This document shows, in pieces, positions 1 to 9,941 of a stretch of 64,000 nucleotides of DNA; the first letter of the stretch is position 1, and every line of letters starts with the position of its first letter. The DNA is from Candidatus Poribacteria bacterium. GTDB taxonomy: Bacteria; Poribacteria; WGA-4E; UBA9662. The stretch covers positions 48,684-112,683 of the forward strand of contig JAYZAL010000005.1 of assembly GCA_036339735.1 (NCBI GenBank). Direction: 5' to 3'. Both the position numbers and the translations under genes were made by a program. The notes beneath the pieces were generated by a model that was not told where the DNA came from, searched no databases, and was given only the letters and a program-made list of their open reading frames with translations.

Positions 1-294
1 ACTATTGGTCTAGTTAGTGGCCCTGTCGGAATCTTAAGAATTATTACCAAACAGTCTGGACCTTCCTTAGTTTTTTTGATTGCGTTTATTAGTATTAATT
101 TAGCTATTGTCAACTTATTGCCTTTAGCAATTACTGATGGTGGCCAAATTCTACTGTTTCTGATAGAAGCCATTCGAGGTAAACCAATAAAGCTAAAATA
201 TCAAGTTGGTATCCAGACAGTGGCTGTTGTACTTCTAATTTTACTAGCAGTCTATATTACTATAAACGATGTTAGAGATTTATTTAGTGGTTAA
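1..294 (+). CDS. rseP: RIP metalloprotease RseP (M50), C-terminal part, 5'-truncated by the window edge
   Basis: Frame 1 is open from base 1 and reads ...SGPVGI...ISINLAIVNLLPLAITDGGQ, the M50 NLLPxxxxDGG motif. Confidence 0.88.
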   Translation, partial: TIGLVSGPVGILRIITKQSGPSLVFLIAFISINLAIVNLLPLAITDGGQILLFLIEAIRGKPIKLKYQVGIQTVAVVLLILLAVYITINDVRDLFSG

Positions 295-315
295 ACTAAA
301 CATGTCATTGAATCA

Positions 316-1044
316 GTGAATATACGTCGACAGTTAGCCCAAATCGTTACTACAACAAGAGAATATATCGAAGAACAAGTGCAACTTGGCTTTTTGGATA
401 TAGATGAGGAGACCAAGGGCACTGTAGACCAACAAAATTTCTTTCAGGACAATGACTTAAAGACTCGGGAACCTCTTTATACAGGCCTTAATCTGGAAAA
501 TTTGAAAATGGAGGCACTCGATTGTCACAAATGTCAACTTGATCAATCTAGAACCCATGTGGTTTTTGGGATTGGAAACCAAAAAGCTGATTTGATGTTT
601 GTAGGTGAAGCCCCTGGAGCAGAGGAAGATCGAACAGGTAAACCCTTCGTTGGTCGAGCTGGCCAACTACTAACCAAAATCATTCAGTCGATCGGTTTGA
701 CTCGAGATGATGTCTACATAGCTAATGTCCTGAAATGTCGTCCACCCAGTAACCGAAACCCAAAACTTAATGAAATTGAACAATGTGAACCCTATCTACT
801 TAGGCAAATAGAGCTAATTAAACCAAAAGTTATCTGTGCTCTGGGTACTTTTGCTGCACAAATCCTATTAAGAACAGACGAACGGATCTCTAAGCTACGT
901 GGTGATTTTTACAGTTATCATGGCACCAAAGTAATGCCAACATATCATCCGGCTTATCTACTGAGGAATCCCGAAAATAAACGCCAAGTTTGGGAAGATA
1001 TCCAGAAAGTGATGGCAGAATTAAGATTATCAATCCCAGACTGA
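316..1044 (+). CDS. Uracil-DNA glycosylase family 4 (4Fe-4S)
   Basis: CHKCQL cluster motif, [35 protein letters not shown]. Confidence 0.95.
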   Translation: MNIRRQLAQIVTTTREYIEEQVQLGFLDIDEETKGTVDQQNFFQDNDLKTREPLYTGLNLENLKMEALDCHKCQLDQSRTHVVFGIGNQKADLMFVGEAPGAEEDRTGKPFVGRAGQLLTKIIQSIGLTRDDVYIANVLKCRPPSNRNPKLNEIEQCEPYLLRQIELIKPKVICALGTFAAQILLRTDERISKLRGDFYSYHGTKVMPTYHPAYLLRNPENKRQVWEDIQKVMAELRLSIPD

Positions 1045-1045
1045 A

Positions 1046-3586
1046 ATGCAAAGCACGTCCGGCCAAAACTCTGAGAAAGCATCTCAATATGCCGAAGTAG
1101 CATTCCCAATTCCCATAGACTTTAGGGGTTACAAAATTGATTCGGCATCAACTGAATATCAATCTACCTACACTTATATCATCCCATCTCACTTGTTATC
1201 GATAGCTCAAGTTGGTTGTCGTGTAATTGCACCTTTAGGTAGGTCTCGGCGTGAGGGTGTGATAATTGAACGCAATAATCAAACGAAGATAGACATTTCA
1301 AAAATTAAACTTAGAAACTTGATTGACTGCCTTGAAGACACACCAAGTTTCTCTACAAATATGCTTCATTTAACTCGCTGGGTTGCTGAATATTACCTTA
1401 GTTCTTGGGGGGAAGTTCTATCGGCAGCAATACCTGGAGTTATTCGAACGAAACAAAAACAAATCTACAAGTTGATTGCTGACGCGGAAACTATTGCTAA
1501 ATTTGGTTATCAAGCAAAATTACAACGACGTATCTTAGATTTATTACAGGAAGAAAATAATCTCACTCGTACTCAGATTTCTCGACGCTTACGTAGGCCT
1601 GAGTTAGCTTTGAGATCCCCTTTGTCTAGATTAGCACATGATGAACTAATCGAAGTGTCATCGAAATTTCAACCAAAAAGTCAAAACCAATATAAAAATC
1701 TAGTTAGTTTAGTCCACAAGAAAACTGAAACAAAGGTGGCACTCGAAAAATTAAAGAATGCCCCGAAACAAACAGAAGTACTAGAACTACTGCTTGACTC
1801 AAATCAGAAAGATTACCCCAATTCGACCCTGATTGATCAAACTGGTTGTAGTCTTTCAACACTTAGATCTTTAGAAAAAAAGGGGTTAATCAGTTTTAAG
1901 CGAAAAAAAATAACCCGAAACCCACTGAGTTTGGAGCCAGTAGTCAGAACTCAGCCACTTCTACTCAACCCGGAACAGGATCAAGCCGTATCTTCTATCA
2001 CCCAGTCAGTTGAAAATGTAGAGAATACCACGTTCTTGCTACATGGCATCACCGGTAGTGGAAAGACCGAAGTCTACCTACAATCTATCGCTAAAGTTTT
2101 AGAAAAAGAGAAATCTGCAATCCTATTAGTACCAGAAATTTCATTAACTCCACAGACAGTCTCACATTTTGTAGGTCGGTTCGGTGATTTAGTAGCTGTC
2201 TTACATAGCCGTTTATCCGATGGTGAGCGTCACGACCAATGGCAACGAATCCGAAATGGTATAGCACAAATTGTGATTGGCGCGAGGTCAGCGGTTTTTG
2301 CTCCATTAGAAAATTTGGGTTTGATTGTTATTGATGAAGAACATGAAAGTTCTTATAAACAAGATAGCACACCTCGTTATCACGCCAGAAATGTAGCCGC
2401 TAAAAGGTCTGAAATTGAAAACTGTACATTAGTACTGGGTAGCGCCACGCCAGCATTAGAAACTTACAGGCTAGCCAAGCATAATAAATATCGATTGCTC
2501 ACCTTGACAAATCGAGCTACGAAAGTTGGCTTGCCTGATGTTGCAATTGTCGATATGAGACAGGAGTTAAAAAGTGGTAACCGGACTATATTCTCACAAA
2601 AGTTAAAATCTAGCATTGTAGATCGCTTAAAAAAGAAGCAACAAGTAATACTTTTTTTAAATCGGCGCGGACACTCGAGTTATGTGTTCTGTAGAGAATG
2701 TGGTTATATCGAACGTTGTCATAACTGCGACATCTCGTTGACTTTCCATCTCACCCGAAAGCAGCTAATTTGTCACCATTGTGCCGCAGAGAGAGCTACC
2801 GTTGATCATTGTCCATCCTGCGGAAGTATGTATATTCGATATTTTGGCTTGGGTACAGAAAAAGTTGAGCAACAAGTTAAAATAAATTTCCCGCAAGCTC
2901 GCGTACATAGGATGGATATGGATACCACATCAACTAAAGATGGGCACCAAAAAATCCTACAAACTTTTCAGGAAGGAAAAATTGATATCCTAATCGGCAC
3001 ACAAATGATTGCAAAAGGCCTAGATTTTCCAAATGTGACACTCGTGGGTGTTATCAGTGCAGATACTTCTCTTAATTTGCCTGATTTTCGGTCAGGCGAG
3101 AGAACTTTTAATTTGTTAACTCAAGTGGCAGGCCGTTCGGGTCGTGGTCCACTTGGTGGAAATGTAGTCATCCAAACTTATCTACCCGAGCACCAAAGCA
3201 TTCAAGCTGCGCAGACACATGATTACATTCAATTTTACCAAGAAGAAATTGAGCAAAGACAGCATTTAAAGTATCCTCCATTCAGCCATTCGGCTTCCAT
3301 TCTGATGCGTTGTAGAGATGAAAAAGTACTTATTGAAAATGCGCATCAGTTGTTCGAAATATTTTCTCGTTTTCAGATCGAAACATTCATTGATGTTCAA
3401 ATCCGTGGTCCAGCACCAGCACCTCTTTCCAAAATTAAAAACCAATACCGTTGGCACTTTTTAATTCTACATGTAGATCATTGTACGTTACTGAGGTTTT
3501 TAAAGAAATCCTTAGCCCATTACACTTCATTCCAACCGAAAGTCATCGACTTAACTATTGATATAGACCCAATTAATACCCTCTAG
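1046..3586 (+). CDS. priA: Primosomal protein N'
   Basis: GITGSGKT Walker A, DEEHE, four CxxC pairs (CRECG, CHNCD, CHHCA, CPSCG), QVAGRSGR, C-terminal IDIDP. Confidence 0.97.
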   Translation: MQSTSGQNSEKASQYAEVAFPIPIDFRGYKIDSASTEYQSTYTYIIPSHLLSIAQVGCRVIAPLGRSRREGVIIERNNQTKIDISKIKLRNLIDCLEDTPSFSTNMLHLTRWVAEYYLSSWGEVLSAAIPGVIRTKQKQIYKLIADAETIAKFGYQAKLQRRILDLLQEENNLTRTQISRRLRRPELALRSPLSRLAHDELIEVSSKFQPKSQNQYKNLVSLVHKKTETKVALEKLKNAPKQTEVLELLLDSNQKDYPNSTLIDQTGCSLSTLRSLEKKGLISFKRKKITRNPLSLEPVVRTQPLLLNPEQDQAVSSITQSVENVENTTFLLHGITGSGKTEVYLQSIAKVLEKEKSAILLVPEISLTPQTVSHFVGRFGDLVAVLHSRLSDGERHDQWQRIRNGIAQIVIGARSAVFAPLENLGLIVIDEEHESSYKQDSTPRYHARNVAAKRSEIENCTLVLGSATPALETYRLAKHNKYRLLTLTNRATKVGLPDVAIVDMRQELKSGNRTIFSQKLKSSIVDRLKKKQQVILFLNRRGHSSYVFCRECGYIERCHNCDISLTFHLTRKQLICHHCAAERATVDHCPSCGSMYIRYFGLGTEKVEQQVKINFPQARVHRMDMDTTSTKDGHQKILQTFQEGKIDILIGTQMIAKGLDFPNVTLVGVISADTSLNLPDFRSGERTFNLLTQVAGRSGRGPLGGNVVIQTYLPEHQSIQAAQTHDYIQFYQEEIEQRQHLKYPPFSHSASILMRCRDEKVLIENAHQLFEIFSRFQIETFIDVQIRGPAPAPLSKIKNQYRWHFLILHVDHCTLLRFLKKSLAHYTSFQPKVIDLTIDIDPINTL

Positions 3587-3589
3587 AAC

Positions 3590-3619
3590 TTGACTCTGAT
3601 TTCTTTGTTTCGGTACAAT
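3590..3619 (+). promoter_or_regulatory. Putative sigma70 promoter for iscS
   Basis: TTGACT-18nt-TACAAT, about 50 nt upstream of the ATG. Confidence 0.5.
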
Positions 3620-3669
3620 CTTAAGGCGATTGTATTTACCTATTTTGTGACTTCAGGCCTCTTATAACA

Positions 3670-4887
3670 ATGGAATCACCTATTTTTTTAGACCATCATT
3701 CCACTACGCCAATTGATCCAGATGTTTTATCAGAAATGATACCGTTCTTGACTCAAAACTTTGGTAATGCTTCTAGTAATCACATTTTTGGTCAAGAGGC
3801 TCGCAGGGCCGTTGAAAAAGCCCGTACGCAAGTAGCAGACCTAATTGGGGCTAAACCACAAGAAATTATCTTTACCAGTGGGGCTACAGAATCTGACAAC
3901 TTGGCTATCAAAGGTGTTGCGGAGAGTTATCATCGTCGGGGAAATCATATAATAACGACACAAATCGAGCATAGTGCGATCTTAGATACCTGTTACTTTC
4001 TAGAGAAATTAGGTTTTGAAACAACCTATCTACCCGTGGATAAATACGGCATGGTTGACCCAGAGCAGGTCGCGTCAGCTATTAAACCAAACACAATCTT
4101 AATCAGTATAATACATGCCAGTAACGAAGTTGGAACAATCAACCCTTTGGCTGAAATTGGCCAAATTGCTCGCCAAGCAGGCGTTCTGTTTCATTCAGAT
4201 GCCGTACAGGCTATCGGAAAAATTGATGTTAATGTTGATCATTTAAATATTGATCTGATGTCATTGACAGCCCATAAAGTTTATGGCCCCAAAGGAATTG
4301 GTGCACTTTACATTCGACGAAAAAAACCAAAAATCCGTATCAAGCCTCAAAACTATGGTGGAGGACAAGAAGGAAAAATTCGTTCTGGCACACTGAATGT
4401 ATCAGGGATTGTCGGTTTTGGCTATGCTTGCCAAATAGCACAAACCAAGATGCAGAAAGAATCAGAACAGCTAATTAGCTTACGGTCTCGTTTGTACGAA
4501 GGACTCAAAGAACAAATTGATTTTCTACATTTAAATGGTCACCCGCAAAAACGACTACCTGGGAACCTCAATGTCAGTATTGAATTTGTTGACAGTGTAA
4601 CCCTATTGGAAAAGTTAAAGGATATCGCGTTATCTACAGGTTCAGCATGTTCATCCAATTCATCAGCACCATCTAAAGTTTTGACAGCTATGGGAATTGA
4701 CGACAATCTCGCACGTAATCCCATACGATTTGGTTTGGGACGAAGTAATACCAAAAATGAAATAGATTTTGTTGTTTCGCGAGTGGTAGAAGAAGTGAAA
4801 AATATGAGAGAGTCATCCCCTCTTTACAAATTAATGGGATCAGAAGTTGAATTATCTCCCCCAAATCGAATGAAAAGGGTTAATTAA
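3670..4887 (+). CDS. iscS: Cysteine desulfurase, IscS/NifS group I
   Basis: FTSGATESDN, HSDAVQ, AHKVYGPKG (PLP lysine), STGSACSS (catalytic Cys). Confidence 0.93.
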   Translation: MESPIFLDHHSTTPIDPDVLSEMIPFLTQNFGNASSNHIFGQEARRAVEKARTQVADLIGAKPQEIIFTSGATESDNLAIKGVAESYHRRGNHIITTQIEHSAILDTCYFLEKLGFETTYLPVDKYGMVDPEQVASAIKPNTILISIIHASNEVGTINPLAEIGQIARQAGVLFHSDAVQAIGKIDVNVDHLNIDLMSLTAHKVYGPKGIGALYIRRKKPKIRIKPQNYGGGQEGKIRSGTLNVSGIVGFGYACQIAQTKMQKESEQLISLRSRLYEGLKEQIDFLHLNGHPQKRLPGNLNVSIEFVDSVTLLEKLKDIALSTGSACSSNSSAPSKVLTAMGIDDNLARNPIRFGLGRSNTKNEIDFVVSRVVEEVKNMRESSPLYKLMGSEVELSPPNRMKRVN

Positions 4888-4890
4888 ATA

Positions 4891-6288
4891 ATGCTGAAAC
4901 AATTTCCATTTATAGCATTTACCTCATTATTATTTGTAGCCTTGATTATAATAGGTTGTGATGAAGGAGATATGGAAGACCAAGATAGCTTAGTTGGATC
5001 AGATGTTGACAAATCACAATCAACATGGTCTTTGATCCAAGAGAACATTCTTCAACCAAACTGCGTTAGCTGTCATGTCGCCGGGAGTTCAGTTGCTCAG
5101 CAGACGGGATTAATTTTAACGGCAGACGAAGCCTACAACGAATTAGTAGACAAACCACCTAAAAATCCAGCTGCACTGGCTGACGGGTTGATGAGAATTG
5201 GCAGGAAAGGCCATGAAAGCTTAGCTAAGAGTTTCTTTTGGGAGAAAATTAATGCTCCTAACGAAGATCATTTCTATAATGATCACCCCGAGTATGGTGG
5301 AATGATGCCTCCACGCCCTGCTGAACCACTAACATATGGTCAGCTAGAATTTGTTCGTCAATGGATTATCCAAGGAGCGCCAGAAAGTGGAGTTGTCGCC
5401 GACGAAAAACTTTTGGATGAAATGGATCGTTATACTCCAAAAGTATTCACATCACTTTCGAAACCGTTGAATGGAGTCCAACTTCACTTGGAACCATTCG
5501 AAGTCTTACCCAATTATGAGCGTGAGTTTTACCAATTCCATGAACTAAACAACCCAGAACCTGTTTATATCAACAGGATTGAGATTGCGATGAGGCCTGG
5601 CAGCCACCACTTTATACTATATACTTTTGGAGACCGAACCCCTGAAATATTTAAACCTATCCCAAATATAGACAGAGATCTAAGAGATGAGAGTGGTAAC
5701 TACATTCTGCAAAATTTACTCCCAATGCGTTACCACCAATTTTTTACAGGAACACAATGGCCTAAAATGGACTACCAATTACCAGAGGGTGTTGCTTTAG
5801 AATTGCCAGCTAATAGTGGCTTAGATTTAAACAGCCATTATGTTAACAGAACCGCGAATTCTCTGCGCGGTGAAGTCTTTGTCAATTTGCATTATCAGGA
5901 TAAGAAGTCGGTAAAACATATTGCCAAAATCATCAGCTTTAATCATACCGACATTGAGTTGCCGGCAGGTCAAATCACCACATTAACCAAGGATTTTTAT
6001 TTTCGAGAGGCTGCAAATGTTTTCCAACTTTTTTCGCATGCGCACGAATTGATGACCGAGTTTCGTGTACAAGCAATTGGGGGACAAAGAAATGGAAAAG
6101 AAGTTTATTTTACTGATGACTGGGAACATCCTCCCATCATGTCATATAATCCACCCATGAAGTTTGGGGTGGGCGAAGGGTTGCGTCTAATTGCCACTTA
6201 TAATAATGTTCATAACCGAGAAGTAAACTTTGGTTTTTTGAGTACTGATGAAATGATGATTCTATTTGGCCTATATTATGAAGACTGA
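4891..6288 (+). CDS. Lipoprotein with a c-type heme domain fused to a copper type II (PHM/DBM-like) monooxygenase domain
   Basis: Lipobox IIIG-C; CVSCH, MMPP and 'VRQWIIQGA' cytochrome c domain; Cu-ligand pattern SHHF, NSHY, SHAHE, DEMM. Confidence 0.7.
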   Translation: MLKQFPFIAFTSLLFVALIIIGCDEGDMEDQDSLVGSDVDKSQSTWSLIQENILQPNCVSCHVAGSSVAQQTGLILTADEAYNELVDKPPKNPAALADGLMRIGRKGHESLAKSFFWEKINAPNEDHFYNDHPEYGGMMPPRPAEPLTYGQLEFVRQWIIQGAPESGVVADEKLLDEMDRYTPKVFTSLSKPLNGVQLHLEPFEVLPNYEREFYQFHELNNPEPVYINRIEIAMRPGSHHFILYTFGDRTPEIFKPIPNIDRDLRDESGNYILQNLLPMRYHQFFTGTQWPKMDYQLPEGVALELPANSGLDLNSHYVNRTANSLRGEVFVNLHYQDKKSVKHIAKIISFNHTDIELPAGQITTLTKDFYFREAANVFQLFSHAHELMTEFRVQAIGGQRNGKEVYFTDDWEHPPIMSYNPPMKFGVGEGLRLIATYNNVHNREVNFGFLSTDEMMILFGLYYED

Positions 6289-6348
6289 TAGTGATTTTTT
6301 AACTCATCAAGAATTCAATTTCTATAAACAAAACTGAATAGGAGTGAA

Positions 6349-7302
6349 ATGAAGTTATTTGGAAAAGATAATCAAGCATCAGGTAACCAAGCAGGAACTA
6401 CAGAGAAGCGAAATCCTTCTAAGCAACACCCTGAGCTAAAAATAATCAGTGGAAACCAGATTTCCCCCCCCTCATCTTCACAGAAAGAAGTTCAACCCGA
6501 ATCCCAAACAACACTCCTACCCAAAGTCAATCATGCAATTGCTATATCGAGTGGAAAAGGTGGGGTTGGGAAATCCACTGTGGCCGCAAATTTATCTTTG
6601 GCTATGGCAGGAAAAGGCTTTAAGGTTGGATTGATGGATGCGGACGTTTATGGTCCTAGCATTCCAACTATGATGGGAGTAAAACAACAACCTAAAATAA
6701 CAAAAGAAAAAAAACTAATACCTATTGACCAGCACGGCATCTCGTTGATGTCAATAGGTTTCATGGTAGAAGACGAGCAAGCGATGATCTGGCGCGGACC
6801 GATGTTACATAGTGCGATGCGTCAATTTTTGGGCGATGTTATCTGGGGAGAGCTTGATTATCTATTTATTGATATGCCACCGGGGACTGGCGATGTTCAA
6901 CTTTCTTTATCCCAGATTACAAGTTTAAGAGGGACTGTCGTTGTAACAACGCCACAAGAGGTAGCACTTTCTGATGTTAAGCGTTCAATTTCCATGTGTA
7001 ATCGAATGGAAACACCATTATTAGGAATCGTGGAAAACATGAGTTATTATATTGACGATAGCGGTAAAAAGATAGAGATATTTGGTAATGGTGGTGGCAA
7101 AAAAATTAGTCAGAAACTTGGCACTAACTTACTAGGCCAAATTCCGATTGACCCTCAGATCTGCCAATGTGGGGATTTGGGAATACCTATCGTTCTTGGG
7201 TATCCAGACTCACCACAATCTTTGGTTTTTCAAGAGATTGCAGACGGTCTCGTGAACCAAATTGATCAATTGGATCCCCAAGATGAATTAGTTATCGAAT
7301 GA
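6349..7302 (+). CDS. mrp: Mrp/NBP35 family ATP-binding protein
   Basis: SGKGGVGKST, DADVYGPS, WRGPM, DMPPGTGD, VTTPQ, ENMS; RBS AGGAG upstream. Confidence 0.93.
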   Translation: MKLFGKDNQASGNQAGTTEKRNPSKQHPELKIISGNQISPPSSSQKEVQPESQTTLLPKVNHAIAISSGKGGVGKSTVAANLSLAMAGKGFKVGLMDADVYGPSIPTMMGVKQQPKITKEKKLIPIDQHGISLMSIGFMVEDEQAMIWRGPMLHSAMRQFLGDVIWGELDYLFIDMPPGTGDVQLSLSQITSLRGTVVVTTPQEVALSDVKRSISMCNRMETPLLGIVENMSYYIDDSGKKIEIFGNGGGKKISQKLGTNLLGQIPIDPQICQCGDLGIPIVLGYPDSPQSLVFQEIADGLVNQIDQLDPQDELVIE

Positions 7303-7370
7303 GGAAAGTCATTTTTTCCAACTTCCAGTTCGATACTCGGATCATCTTAAATTAACATTTCGGCTTAAAA

Positions 7371-7961
7371 GTGTTTGTCAATAAGCAGGTTGATCGTCTA
7401 GAAAGCCGATACGGAATACCCAACAAGGATTGGTCCGAATGGGAGATGACAAAGAAGGAGTTCAATCTCGTCAAGGCTAGTATGCTGTCTGGTCGACAGC
7501 ACGACGTCACTTTACTCATTTTTCAGCGTCCATTTTTTAATTTTCGAAAAATTAGTATTGATAGTCCAATCGCCGTAATTCGAAAACCATATTACCAACC
7601 TGATGTCTATCGGCCACCAAGCGGTGGTATCAGTCCCAGTGAAAATTTTGAATTCGGTGTTAAGAGAGAAGCAAAAGAAGAAACTGGTTTAATGGTAACT
7701 ATCCATAGTTATCTACTAAGATCAAATGTGCGATTTACTTACTGCCATCAGGCAATTGACTGGCAGACGCATGTTTTTGTGGCTTCAACTTTAGATCGAG
7801 TTTTACATCCGACTGACATCAAAGAAATTTCTAATGCTCGATGGGTAGCTTGGGGAAAGTTGGAAACAGACCTTTTGAAAAAGTTGAAAAAAGCACCAAG
7901 CATAGGTCTACAGTACAGAGGCCATTTGCAAGAAAAAATAGTCGGATATTGTACCAGGTGA
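7371..7961 (+). CDS. NUDIX hydrolase
   Basis: Nudix box GGISPSENFEFGVKREAKEETGL. Confidence 0.8.
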   Translation: MFVNKQVDRLESRYGIPNKDWSEWEMTKKEFNLVKASMLSGRQHDVTLLIFQRPFFNFRKISIDSPIAVIRKPYYQPDVYRPPSGGISPSENFEFGVKREAKEETGLMVTIHSYLLRSNVRFTYCHQAIDWQTHVFVASTLDRVLHPTDIKEISNARWVAWGKLETDLLKKLKKAPSIGLQYRGHLQEKIVGYCTR

Positions 7962-8108
7962 GATCGAAATTGTTAGCTTAATGAAGTCGTCTGACTTTAG
8001 CTATCAACTAAACGGAAACTAACACAAGTCCCCAAGGATAACCCGTTTTCTGAATAACTCTGGTAAATAAAAACAAAACAGCAGAATATTTTAGAACTAG
8101 AAAGACTC

Positions 8109-8137
8109 GGCACTTTACCCTTTGAAGGTAAAGTGTC
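8109..8137. terminator. Stem-loop between convergent genes, probable intrinsic terminator
   Basis: GGCACTTTACC-ctttgaa-GGTAAAGTGTC, 11-bp stem with one G-U pair. Confidence 0.55.
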
Positions 8138-8183
8138 ATAGATGTTTTTTCGTCGTCCTGTAAACGATTTATTTATTTGGTGT

Positions 8184-9869
8184 TTAGTGTTCTACTGTCT
8201 GGCGCAATATACTTTGCTGTCCATGGTTGTTTACGAGACGATAGATAGCGGTATAAGTGCCAGGTCGAGTTATTAACTCATCAAGATTGATATTGGGCTT
8301 AAAGGCAATAGTTTCACTTCCATCATTGGGAACCTCTATTTTTTGTGATGCTTTTTGTAATGGAATTTTTTCTCCTGAGGGGTTGAGAAATTTACTGTGG
8401 ACTTCTATCCATTCAGGTCTTGGCTTAGTGTCTACATACATTATAATATCCTCGCCAATTACGCCTAACTTTGATAACGTTTTGCTTGTCGAATCGATGT
8501 CTTCCATGTAACCTCGACCTGGAATTGGATACCAATTTCCACCTGTTGCTAGAGCGAGTTGTTTTATTGGTAGGTAATCAATTCCAATACTTTCAACTCG
8601 TACTCGTTTTTTTTGTAATTTAGTGATAACTTGGTCTAGGGTATACGGGGATTGGCCATCATAATCCAAATCATGAAATGTGCCATCGGAGATAAAAACG
8701 AATATTGGCTGACTATTTCGGCGAAACCTGGTTTGCTCCAATGCTACCATGATGGCATCTAATCCTGATTCAGCTAAATCACCACCACCAACTATCTGGA
8801 TTTTTTGCATCCACTTATTGAACTTGCGAAATTTTTTCGTCAGACCATTAAAGTTGATGTACTGACGGTCAGAAAATGAAACAAGACCAACGGCAATGTC
8901 TCTTCTCGCTAAATGAAATTGGTCTAGAAATTTTCCCATATAAGCTCGGATAGCTCTAATATTATCTGTCATACTAGCAGTTTTATCTAAAATGAAAACC
9001 AGATCAATTTTTTTGGCTCCTTCATCAGCGATCAAATTGACAGCTAAACGTCTCATTAGCGAAGGATAATCGCTCGCAGGTGAACTACCAATGGTAGAAC
9101 TACTGGAAGACTGACCGCCACCGATTAGATTATCATTGATTAGACGCCCTTTTTGACTAGTATCTAAACCCATTTCAACTGAAACTTGAGGAGAATCTGA
9201 TTTTAATTCCCTTGTTTTGATTTCTGATATGAGTGGTTGATGATTACTAGTATTATTCAGTTTTCCCAAATCTTTTTCAGCGGTGCCTAAAGTTCCATGA
9301 ATGATTTTTCTTTTTATTCTTTTCTGGGTTGTTTGTGTCGTAAAGGTCCCACTGGACGTAGTCAAAAAATTTTCAGGTTGAATTCCGGGCTCGTCTATCC
9401 TCATTGAGCTGTTAACGACTTGATTAATCAACCTCTGTTCGGTTAGGAGGTGGTCTCTTTTTTTTAGTTCCGGGGATAAATCAAGAGACGAATCAGTAAG
9501 AAACGCTGGCTTTGGACGCTTAATAGATTTATCAGTTGATTCTATTAATTTTGGTTTTAATACCGGATCGTTTATCTTCTCTAAGTTTAACTTAGTTTCG
9601 GTTAGTGCCTGATCGTTAGCCTTAGGTAAGGAATCAATTGGCCTTATGTATACGGTTTCTTGAGCAATTAAACCGATAAACTTACGCCGGCCCTCCAGAT
9701 TTATACGAGAAACCAAGGGTAGCAAAATTAAATGTAGGAGGATTGAGGTGGAATAAGCCCAGTAACGTATTTTTCGATTTTTATCCAATGAAGCCGATTT
9801 CATTTGAAACTTAATTGATTTGGATATCTTATTTTCGTTTACCTCAAACAGGATTGGTCCAACGAACAC
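8184..9869 (-). CDS. Membrane-anchored vWA-domain protein
   Basis: N-terminal TM (STSILLHLILL), low-complexity linker, DLVFILDKTASM MIDAS motif, GGGDLAES, FISDG. Start codon uncertain. Confidence 0.8.
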   Translation of the reverse strand: MFVGPILFEVNENKISKSIKFQMKSASLDKNRKIRYWAYSTSILLHLILLPLVSRINLEGRRKFIGLIAQETVYIRPIDSLPKANDQALTETKLNLEKINDPVLKPKLIESTDKSIKRPKPAFLTDSSLDLSPELKKRDHLLTEQRLINQVVNSSMRIDEPGIQPENFLTTSSGTFTTQTTQKRIKRKIIHGTLGTAEKDLGKLNNTSNHQPLISEIKTRELKSDSPQVSVEMGLDTSQKGRLINDNLIGGGQSSSSSTIGSSPASDYPSLMRRLAVNLIADEGAKKIDLVFILDKTASMTDNIRAIRAYMGKFLDQFHLARRDIAVGLVSFSDRQYINFNGLTKKFRKFNKWMQKIQIVGGGDLAESGLDAIMVALEQTRFRRNSQPIFVFISDGTFHDLDYDGQSPYTLDQVITKLQKKRVRVESIGIDYLPIKQLALATGGNWYPIPGRGYMEDIDSTSKTLSKLGVIGEDIIMYVDTKPRPEWIEVHSKFLNPSGEKIPLQKASQKIEVPNDGSETIAFKPNINLDELITRPGTYTAIYRLVNNHGQQSILRQTVEH

Positions 9870-9941
9870 GGTTCAATTTTGAACGAGACTTAGATCGTAA
9901 CATTCAAACACCTCTGGAATAATCTACCTTTGTTAAGATTT

